From assembly GCA_032718475.1 (NCBI GenBank), contig JAUCBJ010007863.1, forward strand, positions 62,001 through 126,000: 64,000 nucleotides of DNA, written 5' to 3'. The notes under the pieces were generated by a model. The model saw only the letters and a program-made list of their open reading frames with translations, was not told the DNA's origin and made no database searches. Positions 1-12,153 of this stretch are shown here, one piece after another; the first letter of the stretch is position 1; each line of letters begins with the position of its first letter. The stretch is from Nemertoderma westbladi (Eukaryota > Animalia > Xenacoelomorpha). Made by a program: the position numbers and the translations under genes.

Positions 1-87
1 TTTCCTTTCTCTCTGCGTTTTTCCTCCCGCTCTGGTCATTTTTCCGCGTAATTCTTTTCCCCCCTTGTTTACAGTCTGTTTTACCCC

Positions 88-160
88 AGCCCTAGCTCAG
101 TCGGTAAAGCGTTGGAAATTATATGTAGTAGGTATTGAGTTCGAATCCTAGTAGGTGCGA
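88..160 (+). other. tRNA-like Pol III A/B box sequence (SINE head or pseudo-tRNA)
   Basis: TAGCTCAGTCGGTA and GAGTTCGAATCC at tRNA-like spacing; no convincing cloverleaf. Confidence 0.4.
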
Positions 161-1849
161 ATTATTTTTGTGCAGAATTTCAACTCATTTAAATTAACCG
201 CTACAAATTAAATTGCATTTGCCTGTACCTAGATTAACCAATGGGACTGTAGTTATTAGATAGTAACCAATGTCGTGCAAGTTATATATTCGCTGGACCA
301 ATAGTTATCTTTAAAAACCTATTAGAACTCATAGAACAATCGAGAATTTTCTCGATTGATTGCAGCACAAATTTGCTATAAAAGGTGCGATTTCGTTCAT
401 TAGTTAACACAGTTGCAGACCGTTATTCTCACTTACATCCATTAGTTATTTCAGATTACATTGTATACATTATTATAATTGTTGGTGATCTGTAATAAAG
501 TCAGAATTATCGCTATATCTGCCCTTTTTCTATCATGTTTTACCACGGTGAACTTAACTGAGGGACAGGATGGCAGGCTAAACATCGGGCCACAGCAATG
601 AACGGGAACATCTGAGGAATGTAGACAGGAGACAACCCGCAATATCATTCTTAGTTATTCGCCCATCGCCTGAAAGGTTAGACAGCGTTCAATGCCTTGC
701 TATCTAAGTGTAAGACCAAAGATCGAAGGTAGAGGTAGTGACATGCTGTGCGCCAAAAATTACATCTAGGGACCGTACTGTCTTAATTCAGAGAAAACCC
801 ACAGTAGACCTTCATATTCCTACGGGGGGAGAGGAGAGGAGCTCAGGCAGAGATACTAGTACACAGATAGGACGCAGGCACACCGGTACAAGGCATACAC
901 ATTGGTAGGGTGCAGCAAACTGTACGCCTAACTCTTGCTAAGTACAGGTGCGTCTGTGACTGTTTGTAGTACAACGGTGTCCATTGCATTAGAACTTGTA
1001 GGCCAGAAGGGTTACTGTGTTTTTACCTGAATTAGGATTGTACCGTTCAGGCGGTAGGGCAGTTTACAACTAGGCGCAAATAAATTGAGGCTATTTAGGG
1101 ATACTAACATCTACCGTGTCCCCGCCAACATTCTGTTAGGAAGTTGCTGTGCCCATCTAAGCAACTAAAATTCTAGATAAGAACACCAGGCTAGCTATTA
1201 GTACCTGTACGCCTACTGTAGTAAACTAACACATTTCTTCTTAGTATTAGGGACCTGGTAAATTAAATTGCCGAATTCTGGGCGTAGTATTAACCTTATG
1301 CCTGAATTTGAGTCCTGGAAATACACAAAAGGGGGAGGAGCCTTATCATTCGTGAGTATTGGACCTACAAGTTATAAAATTAGAACATTTGCAAAATGTA
1401 CACCGGACCCAGTAATTATATATATGAAGGAGCAAAACTGACTTTGACTGTTTAGAACAAAGACACACGCGCGTTAGAAATTATTTACACCTCAAAATAT
1501 ATAAAATAATTTTTGTCCATACTGTGCTTTGCCCGCTAGTTAGACCTTTCTGCACCTAGCTAGCGTCTCTTTCGCCCAACCATATAAATCACACCGCGGC
1601 AAAGTATACGAGCGCCCTTAGTCCGTCAGTGAGTCAGCCTGATTTAGGATTCGCTGCGCGGGATTTTGTTTTATCGAAGTTTGTCCGTTCGTAGACTGTT
1701 TTCTGCCTCACCGGTTATAAGAGACCGATACTGCAATATATTTTCGCTTACTTGGAGTTTACTGTTTTGGTGAGAAGGTCGGATTAAGATTTGATTCACA
1801 AACTTTACAGTAGGATATTGCAGGGTATTTTGTTACTGTCTCTTCGAAT

Positions 1850-4800
1850 ACGTATAGAAGGTGTTTCCTTTATAAACTAACGTGTAGAAGGTGTTTCCTT
1901 TATAAACTAACGTATAAAAGGTGTTTCCTTTATAAACTAACGTATAGAAGGTGTTTCCTTTATAAACTAACGTATATAAGGTGTTTCCTTTATAAACTAA
2001 CGTGTAGAAGGTGTTTCCTTTATAAACTAACGTGTAGAAGGTGTTTCCTTTATAAACTAACGTATAGAAGGTGTTTCCTTTATAAACTAACGTATATAAG
2101 GTGTTTCCTTTATAAACTAACGTATATAAGGTGTTTCCTTTATAAACTAACGTATAGAAGGTGTTTCCTTTATAAACTAACGTATATAAGGTGTTTCCTT
2201 TATAAACTAACGTATATAAGGTGTTTCCTTTATAAACTAACGTATAGAAGGTGTTTCCATTATAAACTAACTTATAGAAGGTGTTTCCTTTATAAACTAA
2301 CGTATATAAGGTGTTTCCTTTATAAACTAACGTATATAAGGTGTTTCCTTTATAAACTAACGTATAGAAGGTGTTTCCTTTATAAACTAACGTATATAAT
2401 GTGTTTCCTTTATAAACTAACGTATATAAGGTGTTTCCTTTATAAACTAACGTATATAAGGTGTTTCCATTATAAACTAACGTATATAAGGTGTTTCCTT
2501 TATAAACTAACGTATATAATGTGTTTCCTTTATAAACTAACGTATATAAGGTGTTTCCTTTATAAACTAACGTATATAAGGTGTTTCCTTTATAAACTAA
2601 CGTATATAAGGTGTTTCCTTTATAAACTAACGTATATAAGGTGTTTCCTTTATAAACTAACGTATATAAGGTGTTTCCTATATAAACTAACGTATATAAT
2701 GTGTTTCCTTTATAAACTAACGTATATAAGGTGTTTCCTTTATAAACTAACGTATATAAGGTGATCCATTATAAACTAACGTATATAAGGTGTTTCCTTT
2801 ATAAACTAACGTATATAATGTGTTTCCTTTATAAACTAACGTATATAAGGTGTTTCCTTTATAAACTAACGTATAGAAGGTGTGTCCTTTATAAACTAAC
2901 GTATAGAAGGTGTTTCCTTTATAAACTAACGTATAGAAGGTGTTTCCTTTATAAACTAACGTATAGAAGGTGTTTCCTTTATAAACTAACGTATAGAAGG
3001 TGTTTCCTTTATAAACTAACGTATATAAGGTGTTTCCTTTATAAACTAACGTATAGAAGGTGTTTCCATTATAAACTAACGTATATAAGGTGTTTCCTTT
3101 ATAAACTAACGTATATAATGTGTTTCCTTTATAAACTAACGTATATAAGGTGTTTCCTTTATAAACTAACGTATATAAGGTGTTTCCTTTAGAAACTAAC
3201 GTGTATAAGATGTTTCCTTTATAAACTAACGTATAGAAGGTGTTTCCTTTATAGACTAACGTATATAAGGTGTTTCCTTTATTAACTAACGTGTAGAAGG
3301 TGTTTCCTTTATAAACTAACGTGTAGAAGGTGTTTCCTTTATAAACTAACGTATAGAAGGTGTTTCCTTTATAAACTAACGTATATAAGGTGTTTCCTTT
3401 ATAAACTAACGTATAGAAGGTGTTTCCATTATAAACTAACGTATATAAGGTGTTTCCTTTATAAACTAACGTATATAAGGTGTTTCCTTTATAAACTAAC
3501 GTATAGAAGGTGTTTCCATTATAAACTAACGTATAGAAGGTGTTTCCTTTATAAACTAACGTATATAAGGTGTTTCCTTTATAAACTAACGTATATAAGG
3601 TGTTTCCTTTATAAACTAACGTATATAAGGTGTTTCCTTTATAAACTAACGTATATAAGGTGTTTCCTTTATAAACTAACGTATAGAAGGTGTTTCCTTT
3701 ATAAACTAACGTATAGAAGGTGTTTCCTTTATAAACTAACGTATATAAGGTGTTTCCTTTATAAACTAACGTATATAAGGTGTCTCCTTTATAAACTAAC
3801 GTATAAAAGGTGTTTCCTTTATAAACTAACGTATATAAGGTGTTTCCTTTATAAACTAACGTATAGAAGGTGTTTCCATTATAAACTAACGTATAGAAGG
3901 TGTTTCCTTTATAAACTAACGTATATAAGGTGTTTCCTTTATAAACTAACGTATATAAGGTGTTTCCTTTATAAACTAACGTATAGAAGGTGTTTCCTTT
4001 ATAAACTAACGTATATAAGGTGTTTCCTTTATAAACTAACGTATAGAAGGTGTTTCCATTATAAACTAACGTATAGAAGGTGTTTCCTTTATAAACTAAC
4101 GTATATAAGGTGTTTCCTTTATAAACTAACGTATATAAGGTGTTTCCTTTATAAACTAACGTATAGAAGGTGTTTCCTTTATAAACTAGCGTATAGAAGG
4201 TGTTTCCTTTATAAACTAACGTATAGAAGGTGTTTCCTTTATAAACTAACGTATAGAAGGTGTTTCCTTTATAAACTAACGTATAGAAAGTGTTTCCTTT
4301 ATAAACTAACGTATAGAAGGTGTTTCCTTTATAAACTAACGTATAGAAGGTGTTTCCTTTATAAACTAACGTATAGAAGGTGTTTCCTTTATAAACTAAC
4401 GTATAGAAAGTGTTTCCTTTATAAACTAACGTATAGAAGGTGTTTCCTTTATAAACTAACGTATAGAAAGTGTTTCCTTTATAAACTAACGTATAGAAGG
4501 TGTTTCCTTTATAAACTAACGTATAGAAGGTGTTTCCTTTATAAACTAACGTATATAAGGTGTTTCCTTTATAAACTAACGTATAGAAGGTGTTTCCTTT
4601 ATAAACTAACGTATAGAAAGTGTTTCCTTTATAGACTAACGTATAGAAGGTGTTTCCTTTATAAACTAACGTGTAGAAGGTGTTTCCTTTATAAACTAAC
4701 GTATAGAAGGTGTTTCCTTTATAAACTAACGTATATAAGGTGTTTCCTTTATTAACTAACGTGTAGAAGGTGTTTCCTTTATAAACTAACGTATAGAAAG

Positions 4801-5438
4801 TGTTTCCTTTATAAACTAACGTATAGAAGGTGTTTCCTTTATAAACTAACGTATAGAAGGTGTTTCCTTTATAAACTAACGTATAGAAGGTGTTTCCTTT
4901 ATAAACTAACGTATAGAAGGTGTTTCCTTTATAAACTAACGTATAGAAAGTGTTTCCTTTATAAACTAACGTATAGAAGGTGTTTCCTTTATAAACTAAC
5001 GTATAGAAAGTGTTTCCTTTATAAACTAACGTATAGAAGGTGTTTCCTTTATAAACTAACGTATAGAAGGTGTTTCCTTTATAAACTAACGTATATAAGG
5101 TGTTTCCTTTATAAACTAACGTATAGAAGGTGTTTCCTTTATAAACTAACGTATAGAAAGTGTTTCCTTTATAGACTAACGTATAGAAGGTGTTTCCTTT
5201 ATAAACTAACGTGTAGAAGGTGTTTCCTTTATAAACTAACGTATAGAAGGTGTTTCCTTTATAAACTAACGTATATAAGGTGTTTCCTTTATAAACTAAC
5301 GTGTAGAAGGTGTTTCCTTTATAAACTAACGTATAGAAGGTGTTTCCTTTATAAACTAACGTATAGAAGGTGTTTCCTTTATAAACTAACGTATATAAGG
5401 TGTTTCCTTTATAAACTAACGTGTAGAAGGTGTTTCCT
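1850..5438. repeat. 30-bp tandem array (about 119 copies) spanning an ABCA exon end and 5' splice site
   Basis: Unit gtgtttcctttataaactaacgtatagaag. On the minus strand this is exon GAAACACCTTCTAYAC plus GTTAGTTTATAAAG. One 1-bp deletion near 2763. Confidence 0.97.
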
Positions 5439-5652
5439 CCATAGATTCCCGGCGACAGTTCTAACGATGGAAAACTCATTGACTCTCGCAGTCCAGTAAA
5501 GGCCAGAGCAATACAGAGCAGAATAATAGGTAGGAACACCTGACACACTAAACCCTTTACATCTCGGCGGAAGTGGTTCACTTTGAGAGCGAGTAAAGCA
5601 AACAGCTGGCCTCCGGTTGTACATGTCCCCATAGCAACATCAGGCAGTGCAG
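5421..5652 (-). CDS. ABCA: ABCA transporter exon: TM7 and start of ECD2
   Basis: Encodes QLFALLALKVNHFRRDVKGLVCQVFLPIILLCIALAF...FPSLELSPGIYGGNTFYT. Acceptor cttttgttatag, phase compatible with the previous exon. Probable donor AC|GTTAGT at the first array copy; the next exon was not identified in the window. Confidence 0.88.
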
Positions 5653-5770
5653 CTATAACAAAAGGATAGTAATTTATAACCGGTTTATAAGAGGTTATTC
5701 AGTTTATTTCGCTAAAGGTAACTAACTCACACCCTTTTGCTAACCTACTAAATCCAACTAACTAACTCAC

Positions 5771-6023
5771 CACAATGTTTGCTTTCTTTCGTTAGTTTCT
5801 CATTTGATCTATTTGGGGTTTCGCTTTTCGCTTTTTTCGGTTCCGACTCCGACACATTTCTGAAATGAACTTGAGCGCCATCTACCGTGTAGCTGGATGA
5901 ATCGTGTGTCGTAGTCTCCTCTGCCGGTGTCCCATATGACTCATTATCACTAGGCGACCAGTAAATGTTATCAACAGACTGTTTACTGACGGATTTGCCA
6001 TCACCCGAAATTTGAAGAAACAC
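5771..6023 (-). CDS. ABCA: ABCA transporter exon: VFL motif and linker
   Basis: Acceptor tgtgtttag|GTG gives TTMDE|VFLQIS (ABCA TTLEEIFL motif). Donor TGTG|GTGAGT, phase 1. Confidence 0.88.
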
Positions 6024-6135
6024 CTAAACACATACAGGTGATAGTGTAACTGTGTAGCACTGCGAATAACCAATTATATTTGTTACTTTAAAAAACTGTA
6101 ATCATAAAAAACAAATGAAAAATTATGGTAAAAAA

Positions 6136-7255
6136 TAGGGGTGTGCCGGATATCCGACCGGGCCGGAATTCCGGCCGGATTTTGAGAAAAAAATCCGGTT
6201 CCGGCTCCGGCCGGATTTCAATTTTTTTGGCCGGATTTAAATTTCCACGAATTGTTGACAAAATTTACAATTTATCTACATGCTAAATGTAGATGCTTGT
6301 ATTTAGTTTTCACATGCTTGTATTTGGTTGGGCTCAGCCTCACTAACACTTAATATATAATAAATAGTACATATATGGCCACTCATATACTAATTATAAC
6401 TAGTCAATAATTATTATATTGTCCCAGCCATCGCGCAAGCTTTGATGTTTGGTCTAGCTTTGTCCTAGCTTGTTGGAGCATCTAGCTTGTTGATGAGCGT
6501 AGATGGTTTGTTATAAATTGATATTAAGCTTACCACCGTGAATGACCAGTTTATATATTCAAAAATTCGACAGGCAATTTTGAAACTCTTAGTAAATCCC
6601 ATTTAACTCAGAGAGTATAAAAAAACTACAGCTACTGTATTACTTCGTTCTATTTTTCAATTTAAACTTTATTTATCAAATCAATCCATTACCATTATAT
6701 TAAATATGAAATCGGCGTAGGTTGGTAAAAAAAATATTAGTTTCTCTTAACGATCCAGAAGTCGACGAGAGCGGTTCTCATCAAATACATTACCAGCCTC
6801 TACAAATATTCGCCCGGAATAAATTGAAGACGCTGGAGATATTAAATATATATACATGTACAAGTATTTGTAAATTAGGAAATTATTCCTTATTTGCAGC
6901 CCACCAACGTAAAACGCTCTTCTCATCCCGTTTAGTTTGGATAATTGACATATACTTACTTATCTACTTCTGAATTCTTATTCAAGTCGAAGTCCTTATC
7001 ATCATGACATTGCTTATAAGTATCCAGCACGTTATCTATCGTTGCAGGAACTTACGCCCAAAGGACCAAATGGTACCCTCCCTCCCTCCAGTTCTGTTCA
7101 TGCATAAAGGTACCACCATATAGCTGATTCAAGGAAAAAGTGGTGATATATAAAAAAAATCCGGCTTGGCCGGAATTCCGACCGGATTTTTTTTACAAAT
7201 CCGGCTCCGGCTCTGGTCTAGCCGGTTTGAAAATAGTAAATCCAGAACATCCCTA
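6136..7255. mobile_element. Non-autonomous hAT DNA transposon (MITE)
   Basis: Imperfect TIRs TAGGGGTGTGCCGGAT...ATCCAGAACATCCCTA, 8-bp TSD GTAAAAAA (6128-6135 and 7256-7263), subterminal CCGG-rich motifs, no transposase ORF. Confidence 0.88.
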
Positions 7256-10200
7256 GTAAAAAAGTGTTCGCGGTATTTCACTTTATCATAACGCGAGGTA
7301 CATATTTTTTGGATTTATTTTTTATGAATATGCCAATATCAGTAGTGGGTGCGGTAACATAAAATTCGGGCATATTTGATAGACTAGGGGCGATTTATGG
7401 GCGAAAATTGAGGTGACTTACGGGGCGCGGGTATCATATCAGATATTTAAGGGCCAGGGGTGGGAGGCAAAATCAAGCAATACTTTCAGCTGTCAGGGTT
7501 GCCTGATAGTTATTTAGGCCTAGACAACCTCCTTCTACTTTGGTAGTTGGTATCCCGCTAGGCCTGGGTACAAGGACTGCCCTTAGCAGTTCCTGGTCAT
7601 CGGTGGCGATTACGAGCCTGAAAAGGATTTGGAAAGCTTAGCTGATTGCGCCACGGATTTGCGACGGGAATTGACAGATCCTTAGCGGTCCCCAGTGCGT
7701 TGGCTATGACTGAGCCTGAAAGGGACTCGGGCGGAGTCTTCGCAATGGGGACTTGCAAAGGATCGACTGACCGGATGGAAAGGAAGGGTTCGATGAGGAC
7801 TGACTTCCTGGCGTGGGTTCCATGACTGGCGTTAGTAGGAGCCTGAAAAGGATTTGGAAAGCTCCGACAGTTGGGACTCACAACAGGCCGACAGACCCCT
7901 AGCTAAGCCGACTGCTTTCCTGATGACCGAACCCGCTAGGGTTTGGGAAGGGTGGGATGGACATGCGTCAGGGTCGAAAGACAGAGGACCGGACTCTACT
8001 GGCCTACTGACTATTCGGAGCAGCTTCTCGGCTACCAATTCAATTACAAGCCTGAAAAAGATTCGGAAAGCTTAGGTGGTTCGGACCCTGCAATGAACCG
8101 ACAGATCCCCAGCTAAGCCGTTCCGCTTTCCTGATGACCGATCCCGTCAGGGTTCAGGAAGGGTGGGGCGGACATGCGAAGGATCGACCGACACTGACAC
8201 TATGGTACCGGGACTAGGACAGAGGGAAAATGGGGAATATTAGTTAGGTCAAAATCTGAAAGCGAACAGTGGGTAATTAAATAACTTACTGTATATTTAC
8301 AAATATATTTATATATTTGTGTATTATTGTGAATAATTGGTATATTGGTGTGGGGAAGCCCAAATTATTCTCAATCAGAGTTCAAGTTACATTAAAGATT
8401 ATATCCAACCAATGAAACTTTTTCTCTACCCGCAATTCTGCATCTCAGGTAATATCCTTCTCCACTCCCAATATCCGGTGACTGGCCGGGATAAAGAGGT
8501 TTGAAAATTCCGCCTCCAGCATCGGTGTTTTCCCCCCTGGTGTTGGGAATAACGGCAACAAAATTGAGAATAATACGCAGTCAACTTCAACTGGTGGAAG
8601 TTGGGAATTCAACAGACAAGTATTCTTCAAACTCTCTCTGTGCTTAACCAGCACCCACTACGAGGAAACTCTGGTATTTGATTTGAGACAAAGCCATGGT
8701 TTAATAAACTCACAAACTCAATCCAAACTGTCTATAACTCGTAGTCGGCAGATCATTGACAGAGAGTCGTTAACAGGGAATGGAAGTATCGATCACACCT
8801 ATTGATATAATCCAAGTTGAACCAGGAATCTGGCACATCGAAGTTGAGGTACAGGGTACCAACGTGGGACGATTTAGAATTACTGTCCGGGTAGTTCAAG
8901 CCGAATACGAAACGTATGACAAGCTGTTTTACGACATGGCATACTTGGCGATAAACGAAGCGCTAGAGTAATGAAGGATAACGCCTATGACACTGAAGGG
9001 GTAGAACCTCACACAGACTCAGACACCGACGAGGTCCCAAATATAAAAAAACATGGCCTGTCGGTTTGGCGCTCTCAAGGGCGGGGTCACTTGGGCCTAG
9101 AACCGCATCGAGAAACAACTAGGGGAGTCAAGATCCCCCTCAGCGATATACAAACTCAGCTACAAAAAATCAGGAATATCCTCCAACGATACGAACGAAT
9201 AATACAAGCATACCAGGAACTCATTCCCGCAACCGATCTGGAGAACTACCCCAGAATGGAGGAACATACTGCACACTTGGAAGAGTTCCGTAAACAACAT
9301 CGGAGGACCCTCAGCCTCATGAGAGGTTACGAGGAACAATATTACAAAAGGACTAAAAAGGCGGACATGGAATCAGTGCGGACCTCCGGTACCAGAACAT
9401 TGGTTCCGAGAAAGAAGACTGGGTCCTCGAGGCACCAGCACTCCAGCGCCAGGAGCGAGATATCCGGATCAGCGTGTAGTTCCCAAGGGAGTGAACCCCT
9501 CCCAGTTACGGGAACAGAGAGCATGGGCCCTTAAAGCACGGATGGAAGATGAATACGTCCAATTCCAAATCGAACAGGATGTACTAGCAGAAGAAAGACA
9601 TAAACAGGAAACTGAACAACAGGTCGAAATGCGTAAACAGGAGGTTGAACAACGTAAACAAGAGGCCGAAATGCATAAACAGGAGGCCAAACGACAGGCC
9701 AAACAACGTAAACAAGAGGCCGAAATGCGTAAACAAAATGCCGAAGCCCAAGCACTCCTTATTCACAAAAAGAATGCGGATATCGCCAAACTCGCAGACT
9801 ATGAGGCCGCACTCATTGAAAGAGACCATCAACTGTACGAGGATTGGGAGAAGGGCTTAGAACAGGAATATGAACCAATCCCAGTTCCGGAATTGGAGAA
9901 GTCATTTACACCACCGGCAGTAAAACCTCCGAAACCCGAGTTCCCGCCGGTCATTCGGTCCACACTCTCGGCGCAAGCCCCGGTTTTCCACCCCCCACCG
10001 GTCACACTTAAGAACGAGGAACCTTACTTCCCTTCCAATCCTACGGCACCGAGCGTCCACAAGTACGAGCTTGAAAGGGACTCGGAACGTGACGCCACCC
10101 CTCGATCCACTAATCCATTCACGTCCACCCCGAAAATCTGCAACCGCGTTGTTATTAAAACTCTACCTCTTATTATTGATCCATCATGTATGGGAGAGAA

Positions 10201-10658
10201 CATTAGTAATTACGGACCTCCTAGTCATTCCAGTTCGGACGACGGCGGCATTATACGAGGCTTGGAGAACCATCTGGCTATGCCCAAGATAGAAATCCGT
10301 ACCTTTGAGGGTGACCCCATCGACTACCTCGGATTTAAAAAATGGTTCTTCACTCAAATGGGATCGACGGACATTACCGATGCGCAAAAACTGGTATATT
10401 TGTCTCAGTATTTGGGTGACAAACCACGCCGTATTGTTCGGTGCTTCGAAGGAGGATCCCACGAGGCGTATCACGATGCATGGAAAACGATGCATGGCAA
10501 CATTGGAACCATAATTAACAAGACGCTTGAAAAACTAATACAAGATGCTGGATCCCTACGAGACCCACAGAATATACAAGAGTTTTCGGACTCAATGAAG
10601 GATGCTTATTATACTTTGAAACCAGTAAACAAAGAAGAACAAGTAAATAACATCTTAA

Positions 10659-12082
10659 CCCTATTACCACTGGGGTGTTTTGACCATTAGCACCACTGGG
10701 GGGGGGGGGGCCGATTCGGCCCACCCACTATATTTTTGTAGTCGTCCAATGAAATCCTACAAAATTTGGGCTGTTGGTGAAACAACTATAGATGAACACT
10801 ACCAAACCTTAAAAAGTTAAAATTTCATAAGCATGGACTCATAATTTTGATGAAAAATAAAAGTAGTCCCAGGACAAAATTACAAAATTTTTCGTTTTCT
10901 AAAAACTAATAGTGTGGCAGTGTTGGCTAGATTTAGTAGGTTTTTCAAGACGCTGAATCGAATGTGATTATATTCCACTTCCAAAAATTGAAGTGGATGC
11001 TATTTTTCGTGCACCTAAGAAGTGGGCGTGGCACTTCAAATTTTGAAAAATTAGATATTCAGAAAATGCCCTTAATTTTTTTATTTCAACGCATCTTTAT
11101 GGGTTTTCTGGGCCGCTGAATCGATTGAAAGTAATATAGAAGCCTGAAGACTGAGTGGTTCGCCATTTTTGGTGCACCAAAATTAGGGCGTGGCACTTCA
11201 AATTTTGAAAAATACGAGATTCGGAAAATAAACCAAAATTGAAATTTTAACGAATTTATATAGGTTTTCCAGACCGCTGAATCGATTGAAAGTAATATAG
11301 AAGCCTGAAGACTTAGAAGTTAGCCATTTTTTGAAATCAAAACTTTAGTGTTTTTTCCGAATAAAGTAATTTTGAAAATTTGAAGTGCCACGCCCTAATT
11401 TTGGTGCACCGAAAATTACGTACACAAAGGATTTGAGGCTTCTATATTACTTTCAATCGATTCAGCGCTCCAGAAAACCTATAAAATTAATTTGAAATCA
11501 AAACTTTAGTGAATTTTCCGAATCTCGTATTTTTCAAAATTTGAAGTGCCACGCCCTAATTTTGGTGCACCAAAAATGGCGAACCACTAAGTCTTCAGGC
11601 TTCTATACTACTTTTAATCGATTCAGCGCTCCAGAAAACCAATAAAAATGCTTCGAAATCAGAACTTTAGTAAATTTTCCGAATAAAGTAATTTTGAAAT
11701 TTTAAAGTGCCACGCCCTAAATTTGGTGCTCCAAAAATGACGTACCACTACACTTACATACTTGTATAGAGCATTAGAGTGATCCAAACCAATAAAAATA
11801 AATAAAAATAGCCCAAACATAAATAATTACTAAATCACGAATGACTTTGTAAAATTCGAAAATTTCAAAAAATTTGGTGCTGGAGACCAAATTTTGAGGT
11901 GGCACCCACATCGAAAAGTAGAAATCCAATTGCAACGGCGTTTTTTGCAAAAGATGCGGCATTAAATTTGGCTAATTCTCACAAAAAATTGGGCCGGTAC
12001 GTAATGTGGTTGCATAGTTACAGCAACTAAAAACTAGGAAGGGGCCGATTCGCCCCCCCCCCCCCTCCCAGTGGTAATAGGG
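10659..12082. mobile_element. Non-autonomous piggyBac-type DNA transposon
   Basis: Perfect 16-bp TIR CCCTATTACCACTGGG/CCCAGTGGTAATAGGG, TTAA TSD (10655-10658 and 12083-12086), internal repeats of about 160 bp in both orientations. Interrupts the E0 gag. Confidence 0.93.
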
Positions 12083-12153
12083 TTAAACCTCCAACAAATT
12101 GCCCGGAAATTTCCCAGATGGCTACAAAGTAAATGGGCATATAAATGTGTAGA

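Noticed and set aside
437-669. Candidate next ABCA exon (AG at 671-670, GTAAGT at 436-431) and the 65-aa ORF
   Set aside because: Stops in all frames between these sites and no ABCA similarity. A candidate acceptor at 1315 also stops quickly in the required phase.
2399-3192. Plus-strand ORFs (CFLYKLTYIR)n
   Set aside because: Antisense by-products of the 30-bp repeat.
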